Below, piece by piece: positions 33,405 to 44,793 of a stretch of 64,000 bases of DNA (its first letter is position 1; each line of letters opens with the position of its first letter). The position numbers and the translations under genes were made by a program. The notes beneath the pieces are model-generated. The model did no database searches. It had not been told where the DNA came from and saw only the letters and a list, made by a program, of their open reading frames with translations. The stretch comes from Alphaproteobacteria bacterium (lineage in GTDB: Bacteria; Pseudomonadota; Alphaproteobacteria; UBA7887), in assembly GCA_965216755.1 (NCBI GenBank), contig CBDCGL010000011.1, positions 928,001 through 992,000 of the forward strand, written 5' to 3'.

Positions 33405-35804
33405 TTAATGCGTCACCAGCGTGTCGGCATCGGTGCTCTTGTTATCCTGAGTGACTTGGTCGACTTCAACCCACTCGATCGGCACAAGCGGCGTGCACAA
33501 AGCGCGCTTGAGCACCTCCTCGACCGTCGAAACCGGTATGATGTCCAAGCCTTTTTTGACGTTGTCCGGAATTTCGGCCAAGTCCTTTTCATTGTCCTTG
33601 GGGATTAGCACAGTCTTCAATCCGCCATGCAAAGCGGCAAGCAATTTTTCTTTCAACCCACCGATCGGAAGAACCCGGCCGCGCAATGTGACCTCGCCGG
33701 TCATCGCGACCGTGCTGCGAACCGAAATCCCGGTCAAAATTGAGACAATCGACGTCATGATCGCCGTGCCCGCTGAAGGCCCATCCTTGGGCGTCGCGCC
33801 TTCGGGCACATGCACGTGAATGTCTTTCTTCTCGAACATCGGCGGTTCGATGCCGAATTCCACAGAACGCGATCGCACGTAGGACACGGCTGCCTGTACC
33901 GATTCTTGCATGACCTCGCCGAGCTGGCCGGTGATCGTTACTTTGCCTTTGCCAGGCATCATGACCGCTTCGATCATAAGCAGTTGTCCGCCGACTTCGG
34001 TCCACGCCAGGCCGGTTGTGACACCCGGCATGTCGTTGTGATCGACTTCGCCATGGCGGAATTTTCTAACGCCGGCAAATTTCTCCAGCGACGTACGCGT
34101 CACGCGAATACGCTCTGCGTTCGTCATCATGATTTCCTTGGTCGCCTTACGCGCTAGATTGGCAATCTCGCGTTCCAAGTTACGAACACCAGCCTCGCGC
34201 GTGTAATAGCGGATTAGATCCTGCAACGCCGAATCAGACAATGACCATTCAGTATCCTTCAAACCATGCGCCCGCATCTGCTTGGGGATCAAGTGCCGTT
34301 TGGCGATCTGGATCTTCTCGTCTTCGGTGTATCCCGACAGACGCAACACTTCCATCCGATCCAACAGCGCCGGGGGCATGCGCAAAGTATTGGCGGTGGT
34401 CACAAACATGACCTCGCTGAGATCATAGTCGACCTCAAGGTAATGATCGTTGAACGACGAATTCTGTTCGGGATCCAACACTTCCAGCAATGCCGACGCC
34501 GGGTCGCCGCGAAAATCGGCGCCCATCTTGTCAACTTCATCCAACAGGAACAACGGATTGGACGACTTTGCCTTTTTCATGCCCTGCAACACTTTGCCTG
34601 GCATCGAACCAATATATGTCCGCCGATGACCTCGGATCTCAGCTTCGTCGCGGACACCGCCCAAACTCATCCGTACGAAATTACGACCTGTTGCCCGCGC
34701 GATCGATTTCCCTAGCGACGTCTTGCCGACACCGGGGGGGCCGACGAGGCACAAGATGGGACCACGCATCTTGTTTGCCCGCAGTTGGACGGCAAGATAT
34801 TCAAGGATCCGCTCCTTCACCTTTTCCAGACCGTGATGATCGGCATCCAGGATCTTCTGCGCCCCGGCCAGATCTTTCTTGATGCGCGTACGCTTCTTCC
34901 ACGGTATTGACAGCATCCAATCGAGATAGTTGCGCACCACCGTGGCTTCAGCCGACATCGGGCTCATATTGCGCAGCTTCTTAACTTCAGCCAGAGCCTT
35001 CTCGCGGGCTTCTTTGGACAAGCGCGTCTTCTTGATGCGATCTTCCAATTCGGCCACTTCGTCGCGGCCGTCTTCTGACTCGCCAAGTTCCCGTTGGATC
35101 GCCTTCAACTGCTCATTGAGATAATATTCGCGTTGGGTTTTCTCCATTTGGCGTTTGACGCGCGAGCGAATCTTCTTTTCGACCTGCATCACGCCGATCT
35201 CGCCCTCGATCAAACCGTAAACGCGCTCCAGCCGTTCTGCGATGGACTCGGTTTCCAGCAGCTCTTGCTTGTCCGCAATCTTGATTGCCAAATGCGAAGC
35301 CACCGTATCAACAAGGCGACTGGCGTCTTCAATCTGATTGAGCGACACCAACACTTCGGGTGGCACTTTTTTATTTAGCTTCACATAGTTTTCGAATTGC
35401 GAAACGACCGACCGTGCCAGCGCCTCGACTTCCTGGCCATCGCCATCCCGTTCGTCGACGGAATCAACGACGGCTTCGAAAAATGCGTCATTCTCGGCGT
35501 AGTGGGCGATCCGCGCACGGCCACCGCCTTCAACCAAAACCTTGACGGTTCCATCGGGAAGCTTAAGCAGCTGCAACACGGTACCGATGGTGCCAACCAT
35601 ATAGATGTCATCGATACCCGGGTCATCTTGGCCAGCATTTTTTTGGGCGACCAGCAATATTTGCTTATCGCTCTTCATGACCTCTTCCAAGGCGCGCACA
35701 GATTTATCGCGGCCAACAAACAAAGGTACGATCATGTGTGGGAACACGACGATGTCGCGCAGTGGCAAGACGGGATAAGTGGTCGCTTGTGTCGATTCCA
35801 TCAT
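33405..35804 (-). CDS. lon: Lon protease
   Basis: [33 protein letters not shown]. Confidence 0.98.
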   Translation of the reverse strand: MMESTQATTYPVLPLRDIVVFPHMIVPLFVGRDKSVRALEEVMKSDKQILLVAQKNAGQDDPGIDDIYMVGTIGTVLQLLKLPDGTVKVLVEGGGRARIAHYAENDAFFEAVVDSVDERDGDGQEVEALARSVVSQFENYVKLNKKVPPEVLVSLNQIEDASRLVDTVASHLAIKIADKQELLETESIAERLERVYGLIEGEIGVMQVEKKIRSRVKRQMEKTQREYYLNEQLKAIQRELGESEDGRDEVAELEDRIKKTRLSKEAREKALAEVKKLRNMSPMSAEATVVRNYLDWMLSIPWKKRTRIKKDLAGAQKILDADHHGLEKVKERILEYLAVQLRANKMRGPILCLVGPPGVGKTSLGKSIARATGRNFVRMSLGGVRDEAEIRGHRRTYIGSMPGKVLQGMKKAKSSNPLFLLDEVDKMGADFRGDPASALLEVLDPEQNSSFNDHYLEVDYDLSEVMFVTTANTLRMPPALLDRMEVLRLSGYTEDEKIQIAKRHLIPKQMRAHGLKDTEWSLSDSALQDLIRYYTREAGVRNLEREIANLARKATKEIMMTNAERIRVTRTSLEKFAGVRKFRHGEVDHNDMPGVTTGLAWTEVGGQLLMIEAVMMPGKGKVTITGQLGEVMQESVQAAVSYVRSRSVEFGIEPPMFEKKDIHVHVPEGATPKDGPSAGTAIMTSIVSILTGISVRSTVAMTGEVTLRGRVLPIGGLKEKLLAALHGGLKTVLIPKDNEKDLAEIPDNVKKGLDIIPVSTVEEVLKRALCTPLVPIEWVEVDQVTQDNKSTDADTLVTH

Positions 35805-35929
35805 AGCACGTCACCCATTAATCGCAGCCGCTCGGAGCCTCTGCTAGACACACCAAGCCGGATACGATGGTTTTTCACTGTTTCCCCCACACCAACTGGT
35901 CTGTCACGCGGCGTGGCGGCGCGAGGTTT

Positions 35930-35958
35930 ATCTAACCGCGCCGGTACCCGCTTTCAAG
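35930..35958 (-). promoter_or_regulatory. Possible RpoH-type promoter for lon
   Basis: CTTGAA-N16-GTTAGAT on minus strand upstream of lon. Confidence 0.35.
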
Positions 35959-35985
35959 GGGCGGCGCCGAGCATGGCGCCCTTGG

Positions 35986-37254
35986 CTAAGAAGCGTTTTG
36001 ACCGACGTCTTCACGCCGATCGGCGTAAATGTGGAGAGGTTGCGCGCGGCCTTCGATGACCTCGCGATTAATTACGACCTCCTCGACGCTTTCCAAGGTC
36101 GGCAAGTCAAACATGGTGTCGAGCAATATGCCCTCCATGATCGATCGCAGTCCACGCGCACCTGTTTTGCGTTGGATCGCCTTCTGCGCGATAGCCACCA
36201 ATGCGTCGTCAGAGAACGTCAGTTGGGTTTCTTCCATGTCGAACAAACGCTGATACTGCTTGACCAAAGCGTTCTTTGGCGTGGTCAGAATCTCCACCAG
36301 CGCATTCTCATCAAGATCAACCAGCGTCGCAATTACTGGAAGACGTCCGACGAACTCGGGAATCAATCCGAACTTCAGTAAATCTTCCGGTTCCACCTGG
36401 CGCAGCAGTTCGCCCGTCCTGCGATCGTCAGGCGATTTGACATCAGCGCCAAAACCGATCGAGGTACCGCGGCCACGTTCCGAGATGATCTTTTCCAAAC
36501 CGGCAAACGCGCCGCCGCAAATAAACAAGATATTGGTCGTATCGACCTGAAGGAACTCCTGCTGCGGGTGTTTGCGCCCACCCTGCGGCGGAACGCTGGC
36601 GATCGTGCCTTCCATGATTTTCAGCAGGGCTTGCTGAACACCCTCGCCGGAAACATCGCGCGTAATCGACGGATTATCAGACTTGCGCGAGATCTTATCG
36701 ATCTCGTCGATATAGACAATGCCGCGCTGCGCGCGCTCAACATTGTAGTCCGCCGCCTGAAGCAGCTTTAGAATGATATTTTCGACGTCCTCGCCCACAT
36801 AGCCGGCCTCGGTCAAAGTCGTCGCATCGGCCATCGTAAACGGTACGTCTAAAATCCGCGCCAGAGTCTGCGCGAGCAGCGTCTTGCCGCAACCCGTCGG
36901 CCCAATCAACAGAATGTTCGATTTGGCAAGTTCAACATCGTTGCTCTTGGCGCCGTGGGTAAGCCGCTTGTAGTGATTGTGCACCGCAACCGAAAGGACG
37001 CGTTTGGCGTGGTCCTGGCCAATCACATAATCGTTCAAGATTGTGCAGATATCGCTGGGCGTTGGCACGCCGTCGCGATTCTTCGAAAGGTTGTTCTTAT
37101 GTTCCTCGCGAATGATGTCCATGCACAACTCGACGCATTCATCGCAGATGAACACGGTCGGGCCCGCGATTAGCTTACGCACCTCGTGCTGGCTCTTGCC
37201 ACAGAACGAGCAATAGAGCGTATTCTTCGAATCGCCGCCGCCGGATTTATTCAT
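35986..37254 (-). CDS. clpX: ClpX ATPase
   Basis: CSFCGK zinc finger, [17 protein letters not shown] loop. Confidence 0.98.
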   Translation of the reverse strand: MNKSGGGDSKNTLYCSFCGKSQHEVRKLIAGPTVFICDECVELCMDIIREEHKNNLSKNRDGVPTPSDICTILNDYVIGQDHAKRVLSVAVHNHYKRLTHGAKSNDVELAKSNILLIGPTGCGKTLLAQTLARILDVPFTMADATTLTEAGYVGEDVENIILKLLQAADYNVERAQRGIVYIDEIDKISRKSDNPSITRDVSGEGVQQALLKIMEGTIASVPPQGGRKHPQQEFLQVDTTNILFICGGAFAGLEKIISERGRGTSIGFGADVKSPDDRRTGELLRQVEPEDLLKFGLIPEFVGRLPVIATLVDLDENALVEILTTPKNALVKQYQRLFDMEETQLTFSDDALVAIAQKAIQRKTGARGLRSIMEGILLDTMFDLPTLESVEEVVINREVIEGRAQPLHIYADRREDVGQNAS

Positions 37255-37393
37255 GCGGATTTATCTCCTGCAAAGCGGGCACCATCCCGACGCTAGCGGA
37301 CATCGGAACGCGGTCACAATAGCACAATATTTTGCCTCGCGCGCCGTTCGGCGAGTGCCTTGGACCAAAAGTACGCATATTTCTTGGTTAACG

Positions 37394-38035
37394 TCACGAC
37401 GTCCCGGGCGTCTCCGCTGTCGGAACCTCGCGGTGAGTCACAACCTGATCGATCAAACCAAAAGCCAGCGCATCCTCGGGAGTCATGAATCGGTCGCGTT
37501 CCATGGCCTCTTCGATCACTTCCATCGATTGCTTGGTGTGGCTGCCATAAATTTGATTGAGACGCTCACGCAACGACAAGATTTCCTTGGCATGAATCTC
37601 GATATCAGTGGCCTGGCCTTGGAACCCGCCAGAGGGCTGGTGCACCATGATCCGCGAATTTGGCAGAGCAAATCGATTGCCCTCTGCACCCGCGGCCAGG
37701 AGCAAAGACCCCATCGACGCTGCTTGGCCAATGCACAAGGTCGCGACGTCCGGCCTTATGTATTGCATGGTGTCGTAGATCGCCAATCCGGCGGAAACGA
37801 TGCCGCCCGGCGAATTTATGTAGAACGAGATATCCTTGGTCGGATTTTCGGATTCCAGGAACAAGAGCTGGGCTGTGATCACCGAAGAAACAGCATCGTT
37901 CACCGGCCCGGTCAGGAAAACGATCCGCTCCTTCAGAAGTCTTGAGTAGATGTCATAGGCTCTCTCACCCCGATTGGTCTGCTCAACGACCATGGGGACC
38001 AGCGCGTTCATGTAGACATCCATAGGATCCGTCAT
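37394..38035 (-). CDS. clpP: ClpP protease
   Basis: [28 protein letters not shown]. Confidence 0.98.
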   Translation of the reverse strand: MTDPMDVYMNALVPMVVEQTNRGERAYDIYSRLLKERIVFLTGPVNDAVSSVITAQLLFLESENPTKDISFYINSPGGIVSAGLAIYDTMQYIRPDVATLCIGQAASMGSLLLAAGAEGNRFALPNSRIMVHQPSGGFQGQATDIEIHAKEILSLRERLNQIYGSHTKQSMEVIEEAMERDRFMTPEDALAFGLIDQVVTHREVPTAETPGTS

Positions 38036-38077
38036 GGATTTCTCATTCCCATTTCTTCGTGTGCATTGGACAAAACA

Positions 38078-39475
38078 CTATTTGTCAGAAGTTTCTTTCT
38101 TCTTTGCCGCACGTTTTTTGGTCTTTGGTTTCGCTTCTTCTTCAGTGTTTTTGCTTTCGTCCGGATCACGCATCAGCTCCTCCGCGCTCACCGTCTTGTC
38201 GGTCACCGTCGCCATTTCTGCGATGAAGTCGATCACCTTGTCTTCATATAGAGGGGCTTGCAGCTCGTTCATAGCCTCTGGGCTGTTGCGAAAATAATCG
38301 AACACCTTTTGTTCTTGTCCGGGGAAGCGCCGTGCCTGCTCCATCATGGCGCGATTGACCTCATCCTGCGGCACCGTGATGTTGTTCCGCTGGCCGATTT
38401 CCGACAGGATGAGCCCCAAGCGAACCCGCCGCTCAGCGATGCCGCGATACTCGGTTCGCGTCTCCTCTTCGGTCTCGTCGACGTCATCCCAGGTCTTGTT
38501 GGCCTGTTTCATGTCGTCTTCGATCTGCTTCCAAATCTGGTCGAACTCCCGATCCGCCATGCTTTCGGGGACTGCAAAATCGTGACTATCGGCTAGCTCG
38601 TCCAAAATCCCTCTCTTTAGCCGCATGCGCGCGGCTGCTGCGTAGTCGCGTTCGATTTGGCCGCGAACCGCGCTCTTCAGCGCTTGCAAATCGGAAAGGC
38701 CAAGACGCGCCGCCAGCTGGTCATCTACCGCGACCGGCTCGCGCTCTTTGACCGCCTTGACGTCAACATCAAATGTCGCCTCTTTGCCGCGTAACGTCTC
38801 GGACGGGTACGCCTCAGGAAACGTCACTGTGACGGTCACGTGCTCTCCGGCCTTTGCGCCGGTAAGCTGATCCTCGAAGCCCGGAATGAAGGTGCCACTG
38901 CCCAATTCGAGCTGATGATCCTCACTGGCACCGCCCTCGAAAGGCTCGCCGTCGACCTTGCCGACAAAATCAATTACCAGCAGATCGCCGGACTTGGATT
39001 TCCGTTTCGTCTTTGTATCGACGTAGTTTTTTTGCTGCTCAGCCAGCCGCTCCAAGGCCGTGTCGACATCGTCATCGCCCACCTCGGCCCGCACCCGCGT
39101 CAAGCTCATCTTGGCAATGTCGGCTGGCTCGAACTCGGGCAAGGTTTCCAGCGACATGGTAAAGGTCAGATCACTGCCTTCGTTAAAGGATTCGACATCG
39201 ATCTTCGGCGGCATGGCCGGCCGCAAGCCGCGATCTGTCATGGCTTGCTGCGACGAATCGTTGACTTTTTCTTGGAGCACTTCGTTCATGACGCTGCTGC
39301 CGAAGCGCTTGCGCACCAATGAAACCGGTACTTTGCCGGGCCGAAAACCCTTTATCGTGATGGTCTGGCTGAGCGTCTTCAGCTTTTCGTTCATCAAGGC
39401 ATCGATATCGGTTGCGGGCACGACCACCTTGAACTCGCGTTTTAGCCCGTCTGCGTTTGTTTCCGTGACCTGCAT
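38078..39475 (-). CDS. tig: Trigger factor
   Basis: GFRPGKVP, FIPGFEDQL FKBP domain. Confidence 0.97.
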   Translation of the reverse strand: MQVTETNADGLKREFKVVVPATDIDALMNEKLKTLSQTITIKGFRPGKVPVSLVRKRFGSSVMNEVLQEKVNDSSQQAMTDRGLRPAMPPKIDVESFNEGSDLTFTMSLETLPEFEPADIAKMSLTRVRAEVGDDDVDTALERLAEQQKNYVDTKTKRKSKSGDLLVIDFVGKVDGEPFEGGASEDHQLELGSGTFIPGFEDQLTGAKAGEHVTVTVTFPEAYPSETLRGKEATFDVDVKAVKEREPVAVDDQLAARLGLSDLQALKSAVRGQIERDYAAAARMRLKRGILDELADSHDFAVPESMADREFDQIWKQIEDDMKQANKTWDDVDETEEETRTEYRGIAERRVRLGLILSEIGQRNNITVPQDEVNRAMMEQARRFPGQEQKVFDYFRNSPEAMNELQAPLYEDKVIDFIAEMATVTDKTVSAEELMRDPDESKNTEEEAKPKTKKRAAKKKETSDK

Positions 39476-39575
39476 GGGATATCTCAAATGTTCGCTGCTG
39501 TTATATCAGGGTCGTTATTCCAGAGCTCGGTCACCGCCGCGATTGCCGGTGCGCACGAAGCTTCGAAAGAGCGAG

Positions 39576-39662
39576 TGGTGCGGGCGAAGGGACTTGAACC
39601 CCCACGACGTTTCCGTCACCAGATCCTAAATCTGGCGTGTCTACCAATTCCACCACACCCGC
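39576..39662 (-). tRNA. tRNA-Leu(TAG)
   Basis: Reverse complement GCGGGTGTGGTGGAATTGGTAGACACGCCAGATTTAGGATCTGG...GTTCAAGTCCCTTCGCCCGCACCA with long variable arm. Confidence 0.96.
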
Positions 39663-39953
39663 GGCTGACATGTTGGACCGCGGCGGCCAGAAAAGCGCGC
39701 GGCGCACTCGCCGGACAGAAATAGCGCTTTGGCGCCTTAATACAAGAAAAACTTTGCGTCGCTCTATTGCGAGATAAGTCGAATTTACATCATTATATCA
39801 ATGACTTCTGAGAACATCTAGGCATCCAGGATGACGTCACCACGCCGTGACTATTTGTGACTCGGCTGTCCCTCCTCGCGCCAGCTTTAATGAACAACCT
39901 ATCGCCTGCGCGCCGCGAGCTGACGGGGCGATGCCACGAGGAACCGCAGGCCA

Positions 39954-40643
39954 ATGATTCGATCACGTCCGCACTCCGCTATCGCCGGCGCCGCGACTAT
40001 TGTTGTCTTGGCGATCGGCATTGGCCCCGATCTGACTTCGAAGGGTCGGGCCGACGATGAAGCACGGCATTTGACGGCTGCAGAATTCAAGGAAGCCCGG
40101 CAGACAACCAACTGCGTGGCCGTGGTGAGCGCCGATCCCACGGGGCCGATGCTGGACGCCGAGGCCGCGCGAGAGGCCTATGCGTGCATTTTGCCGGCCA
40201 TGACCGAGGCATTTACCGCCTCCGGCTTGGCGGCGGGCGTGAACTATCCGGATTGGGCACGCTTCACGAAACACCCCTATTTATCGGCGACTCACGCAGG
40301 CCGGTTTGTCAGCGTCTACGGTAATGAGACCGCACGACCTTATGGCCGCTTTGAGGCTATGGGCTCCATGCCAACCGGCGGCATCGTCGTCAAGGATAGC
40401 TTCACAGTCGCGGCGAGTGGGCGGGTGTCATTCGGTCCCCTGTTCGTCATGGAGAAGTTGGTTCCTGGCGCCAATCCCACCACCAATGATTGGCGCTACA
40501 CGATGGTCATGCCCGCCGGTTGGGTCTTTGGCCAAACAGCCGGAGTCGGCGGCGAGAATGTGCGCTTCTGTGCGGAGTGCCACGCGGCGGCCGCCCCTGG
40601 CCAGGACAATCTTTACTTCCCGCCAAAAGCCCACCGCCGCTAG
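39954..40643 (+). CDS. Cytochrome P460 family protein
   Basis: Signal-like N-terminus, GGIVVKD, LFVMEK, DWRY, C-terminal CAECH. Confidence 0.85.
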   Translation: MIRSRPHSAIAGAATIVVLAIGIGPDLTSKGRADDEARHLTAAEFKEARQTTNCVAVVSADPTGPMLDAEAAREAYACILPAMTEAFTASGLAAGVNYPDWARFTKHPYLSATHAGRFVSVYGNETARPYGRFEAMGSMPTGGIVVKDSFTVAASGRVSFGPLFVMEKLVPGANPTTNDWRYTMVMPAGWVFGQTAGVGGENVRFCAECHAAAAPGQDNLYFPPKAHRR

Positions 40644-40749
40644 ATCAATCTCCGTTCAAACGAAGTCGTGCGAACGCAGTTAAATCGATGAAATCAAGTC
40701 GGCAGAGCACAATTTGCGAACGCACGCGCGCCTGAAATGCCCGCGTGCA

Positions 40750-43203
40750 TTAAGCGCCAATTCGCCTGCCATCGGCGCGCGCCGCGTCGGCCAAGCACGC
40801 CCGCGCGGCGGCGTCCAAAATGGCGTCCGCATCGATACCGTAATGGCGATACACCGACGGGACATCGCCGGACTGACCGAACGCGCGTACGCCACAAGGC
40901 ACGACGTGGTGGCCACGCACGGCGCCGAGCCAGGATAGCGTTGCGGGATGTCCATCGATCACTGTGACAAGCGTCGCGTCCGGCGCTAGCCGGTCCAACA
41001 AGCGCGCCACGTGGCATGTCGCGGCAGGCTCTGGATCCGTGGCCGTGGCGGACCAACCCGCGGCTTGTGATGTCATCCAATCGGACTGCAATCGATCCGC
41101 GGACGGTACCGCGAGAAGGCCAGCACCCGGAATGTCCTCCTGTATTGCGGCGAATGCTGCCATCGCTTCGGTTGCAACGGCGCCACTATACACAATGGCC
41201 AAGCGCGATCCGGCCGTTGGCGCCACTTCCCAATAACCGCCTCGCACAATGTCGCTGGACAGCTGCGGAGACATTTCCCGCTGTGGCTGATCCACCGGCC
41301 GCGTCGATAGGCGCAAATATACCGCGCCACCGTCTTCTGCCTGCATATGGTGGAATCCCCATTCCATGATGACCGCCAGCTCGTCGATATAGCCGGGCTC
41401 GAAATAGGTCAGGCCAGGCTGTCCCATGCCGATCAGCGGCGTGGTCACGGATTGATGCGCGCCCCCTTCGGGCGCCAAAGTCACGCCTGATGGTGTGGCG
41501 ACGAGCATGAACCGGGCGTCCTGGTAACAGGCATAGTTTAGTGCGTCGAGGCCGCGACCGATGAACGGATCGTAAAGTGTGCCAATAGGAATCAGCCGCG
41601 TGCCGAACAAGCGATCGGACAGCCCAAATGCCGCAAGTGATAGGAACAAGTTGTTTTCGGCGATGCCCAGTTCCACATGCTGGCCACGCGGCCCCATTGC
41701 CCATTTCTGAGCCGAAACGACTTTCTCTTCACGGAAAGTATCGGCCTGCCGGCGCCGATCAAATATCTGACGTCGGTTGACCCAACCGCCCAGGTTGGTT
41801 GATACGGTCACGTCCGGCGATGCGGTCACAATACGTTCGGCAAGTTTGTTTTGGTCCCGCGCCAAGTTGCTGAGGATACGACCGAAGGCTTCTTGTGTGG
41901 CCCCACGTTCCGCCCGAGCAACGGTCAGGTGCCGCGGCACCTCGATCTGGTCGTCCTGATATCGGCGCGGATATTGGGCGACAAACGGCACCCGCGACAG
42001 GAATCCCTCCAGATCCGCTTTCGGCGACGCAAGCCCCGCAAACCGATCCCATTCGGCACCTTCGGGTACCTCCATTTCAGCCTGCAATTGGGCCACTTGG
42101 TCCGGTGTCATCAATCCAGCGTGGTTGTCTTTATGACCTGCGAGCGGCAGGCCGAAGCCCTTAATTGTGTATGCGATGAATGCGGTTGGATCATCCGTCT
42201 GGGCCGCCGTGTGATAGGCCTCAAGGACTGTTTCTAAATCGTGACCGGCAAGGTTGGTCATCAACGCGTGCAACGTGTCGTCGTCGTGGCTATCGAGCAG
42301 CGTCTTCAATCCCGCGGTCCCGCCAAGATCGCGCGTCAGATTCTCGCGCCACGCAGCGCCGCCTTTGAACGTCAGCGCAGAGTAGAGCTGATTCGGGCAC
42401 GCATCGATCCACTCGAGCAGCGCCTCACCAGCGGGGCCGTTTTGGGCAGCCCGCAAGAGCTTGCCGTATTTCAATGTGATGACGCGCCATTTCATCGACG
42501 AAAACAAGCCGTCGAGGCGGTTAAACATGCGGTCGGTGGTGACGGCATCCAGGCTTTGCCTGTTGTAGTCAATGATCCACCAGACATTCCGGATGTCGTG
42601 TTTCCAGCTTTCCAGCAGTGCCTCGAAGACGTTGCCCTCGTCCAATTCGGCGTCGCCCAGCACCGCCACCATGCGCCCCAAATCTGGGTTCTGCTCGCCC
42701 ACCCCGGGGAAATCGTGAAGCTTGATGTAGTCTTGAGCCAGCGCGGCAAAGACCGCCATGGCGCCGCCGAACCCCACCGATCCCGTCGAGAAGTCGACGT
42801 CATCTTGATCCTTGGTCCGCGATGGATAGGCTTGAGCACCGCCAAATCCGCGGAATGCCTTCAAGTTTTCCAAACTCTGACGGCCGAGCAGATATTGAAT
42901 GGCGTGAAAAACCGGGCTGGCGTGAGGTTTGACCGCAACCCGATCGTGGGCACGCAAAGCGTGCAAATAGAGCGCCGTCATCAATGTTGTACACGATGCT
43001 GATGAGGCTTGGTGGCCGCCGACCTTGACCCCGTCAACCGACGATCGGACATGATTGGCGTGATGGATTGTCCATGAGGACAGCCACAAGATTTTCCGTT
43101 CGAGTTGCCGCAAGATCGCCAAATCCGCCGGTGCTATCGGACGTGCCGGTGCGACGGCCTCTGTCGCTGGCGGACGAATGGCGGTCGTGATCGCGCTGTT
43201 CAT
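40750..43203 (-). CDS. Homodimeric AceE/MdeB-like 2-oxoacid dehydrogenase E1 (transketolase fold)
   Basis: VGGHQASS, FSTGSVG, GDAELDEG, NRQSLD, ELGIAE, EGGAHQS. Confidence 0.88.
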   Translation of the reverse strand: MNSAITTAIRPPATEAVAPARPIAPADLAILRQLERKILWLSSWTIHHANHVRSSVDGVKVGGHQASSASCTTLMTALYLHALRAHDRVAVKPHASPVFHAIQYLLGRQSLENLKAFRGFGGAQAYPSRTKDQDDVDFSTGSVGFGGAMAVFAALAQDYIKLHDFPGVGEQNPDLGRMVAVLGDAELDEGNVFEALLESWKHDIRNVWWIIDYNRQSLDAVTTDRMFNRLDGLFSSMKWRVITLKYGKLLRAAQNGPAGEALLEWIDACPNQLYSALTFKGGAAWRENLTRDLGGTAGLKTLLDSHDDDTLHALMTNLAGHDLETVLEAYHTAAQTDDPTAFIAYTIKGFGLPLAGHKDNHAGLMTPDQVAQLQAEMEVPEGAEWDRFAGLASPKADLEGFLSRVPFVAQYPRRYQDDQIEVPRHLTVARAERGATQEAFGRILSNLARDQNKLAERIVTASPDVTVSTNLGGWVNRRQIFDRRRQADTFREEKVVSAQKWAMGPRGQHVELGIAENNLFLSLAAFGLSDRLFGTRLIPIGTLYDPFIGRGLDALNYACYQDARFMLVATPSGVTLAPEGGAHQSVTTPLIGMGQPGLTYFEPGYIDELAVIMEWGFHHMQAEDGGAVYLRLSTRPVDQPQREMSPQLSSDIVRGGYWEVAPTAGSRLAIVYSGAVATEAMAAFAAIQEDIPGAGLLAVPSADRLQSDWMTSQAAGWSATATDPEPAATCHVARLLDRLAPDATLVTVIDGHPATLSWLGAVRGHHVVPCGVRAFGQSGDVPSVYRHYGIDADAILDAAARACLADAARADGRRIGA

Positions 43204-43349
43204 CGCAAGGGTTCTCGCCACAAGATCAGGGAAGGAAGACGCAATATTACCAGCTGTCGGGCAGCATTTTCTTGTTTATTTGTCGAGATCTCGGCCCTCT
43301 TGCGCCATATTATTGCGCAAATCATCCGATTTGTGGTGGAGCCTGCTGA

Positions 43350-43841
43350 ATGCATGAATTGGACGCTGTCGACATACGCATCCTTGCCACACTGCAAGCG
43401 AACGCGCGCTTGGCCAATGTCGATTTGGCGCGGGAAGTTGGGCTATCGCCGTCGCCCTGCCTGCGCCGAGTCCGAGCGCTCGAAGACGCCGGCATCATTC
43501 GGCGCTATGTCACGGTATTGGACCAGGCCGCGATTGGCCTGCCGGTGAGCGTCTTTGTCCATGTCACCTTGGAACGCCAAATCGAGAGCGCCTTGGAGTC
43601 GTTTGAAGACGCTGTTCAAAAGTGGCCTGAGGTCGTCGAGTGCTATTTGATGACCGGCGACGCCGACTATTTAATGCGCGTCGTCGTGCGGGACTTGGCC
43701 GCTTATGAGGAATTCCTAAAGGTCCATTTGACCCGAATTGCCGGTGTGCGCAGCATCAAGTCGAGCTTTGCGTTGAAACAAGTTGCGTACCGGACCGCAC
43801 TTCCCCTTGGGGCCAGCGACCCTATGGCGAACCCCGGCTAG
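43350..43841 (+). CDS. Lrp/AsnC family transcriptional regulator
   Basis: LDAVDIRIL, GLSPSPCLRRVR.LE, MTGDADY. Confidence 0.95.
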   Translation: MHELDAVDIRILATLQANARLANVDLAREVGLSPSPCLRRVRALEDAGIIRRYVTVLDQAAIGLPVSVFVHVTLERQIESALESFEDAVQKWPEVVECYLMTGDADYLMRVVVRDLAAYEEFLKVHLTRIAGVRSIKSSFALKQVAYRTALPLGASDPMANPG

Positions 43842-43884
43842 ATGACGTTCCGACGACATGATACCAGTTCGATTGCAGTTTGGG

Positions 43885-43993
43885 CATTTCCGTGACAGTT
43901 TACTAAATATACAGCATATAGAAATATTTTACCCGGGCATACAAAATATGGTGTACTTAGTAAATAGTAAACTGTCACCGGAATACCGAAATG
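43885..43993. repeat. AT-rich long inverted repeat (REPIN/MITE-like)
   Basis: GTGACAGTTTACTA (43892-43905) and TAGTAAACTGTCAC (43965-43978), perfect 14-bp arms with further imperfect pairing. Confidence 0.7.
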
Positions 43994-43995
43994 TG

Positions 43996-44766
43996 CTAGT
44001 CTTTTTTGCCGAGCGCGTTGCGCCGCGCGGTGCGCCGTTGAACCGCTTCCTCGTCGCGGGCCATCAATACAACTTGATCCTGTTCCAGATATGCCGTCGC
44101 TGGCGGCGCGAAATAGCGATTCACGGATTCCTTGACCATTTGCTGGGCAATACGTGGCTTCTCAACAATCTCAGCGGCCATGCGGTGTGCCGCTCGGAGC
44201 GGGTCTTGGTCAATCTGCTCACACAGCCCCCAGGCCAACGCCGTTTCGGCATCGACGCGACGGGATAACGCACCAATCAGTTTGGCACGCGCGGGGCCAA
44301 CCAGATTCCCGATTCGCGCCAAGCTGTTCCAGGTGTAGTTGATACCAAGCTCAACCTCAGGCGCCCACAGCTGCGTGCCCGGTGCCAAAATTCGAAAGTC
44401 ACAACTGACCGCCAGCGACAGCCCGCCACCGATCGCCGCGCCACGAACCGCGGCAATAGTCATCGGCCGCAACCTCTCCCACGCGGCGCACATGTCCGCC
44501 CCACTACGCGCAATGCGCCGGGCCGCGGCCAACGGTTGGCCAAAACCAAAGGCACCCGATTCGGCAATATCCGCCCCGGCACAAAACACAGACCCGGCAC
44601 CTGTGACGATGACGCATGACAAGTCATCCTGCTCGTCGAGCCGCTCCGCAACAGCTTTCAACTCGCCGCGCAATTGACTCGACAACGCGTTGCGCTTCGC
44701 CGGCCGGTCCAGCGTCACGACCGCGACGGCACCATCTTGCGTCAGGGTCAAGTTCTCATATTCCAT
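43996..44766 (-). CDS. Enoyl-CoA hydratase/isomerase family protein
   Basis: DRPAKRNAL, FCAGAD, AIGGG, APEVELG (single catalytic Glu). Confidence 0.88.
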   Translation of the reverse strand: MEYENLTLTQDGAVAVVTLDRPAKRNALSSQLRGELKAVAERLDEQDDLSCVIVTGAGSVFCAGADIAESGAFGFGQPLAAARRIARSGADMCAAWERLRPMTIAAVRGAAIGGGLSLAVSCDFRILAPGTQLWAPEVELGINYTWNSLARIGNLVGPARAKLIGALSRRVDAETALAWGLCEQIDQDPLRAAHRMAAEIVEKPRIAQQMVKESVNRYFAPPATAYLEQDQVVLMARDEEAVQRRTARRNALGKKD

Positions 44767-44793
44767 AAATATCAACCCCTTTAAGGACTTTTC

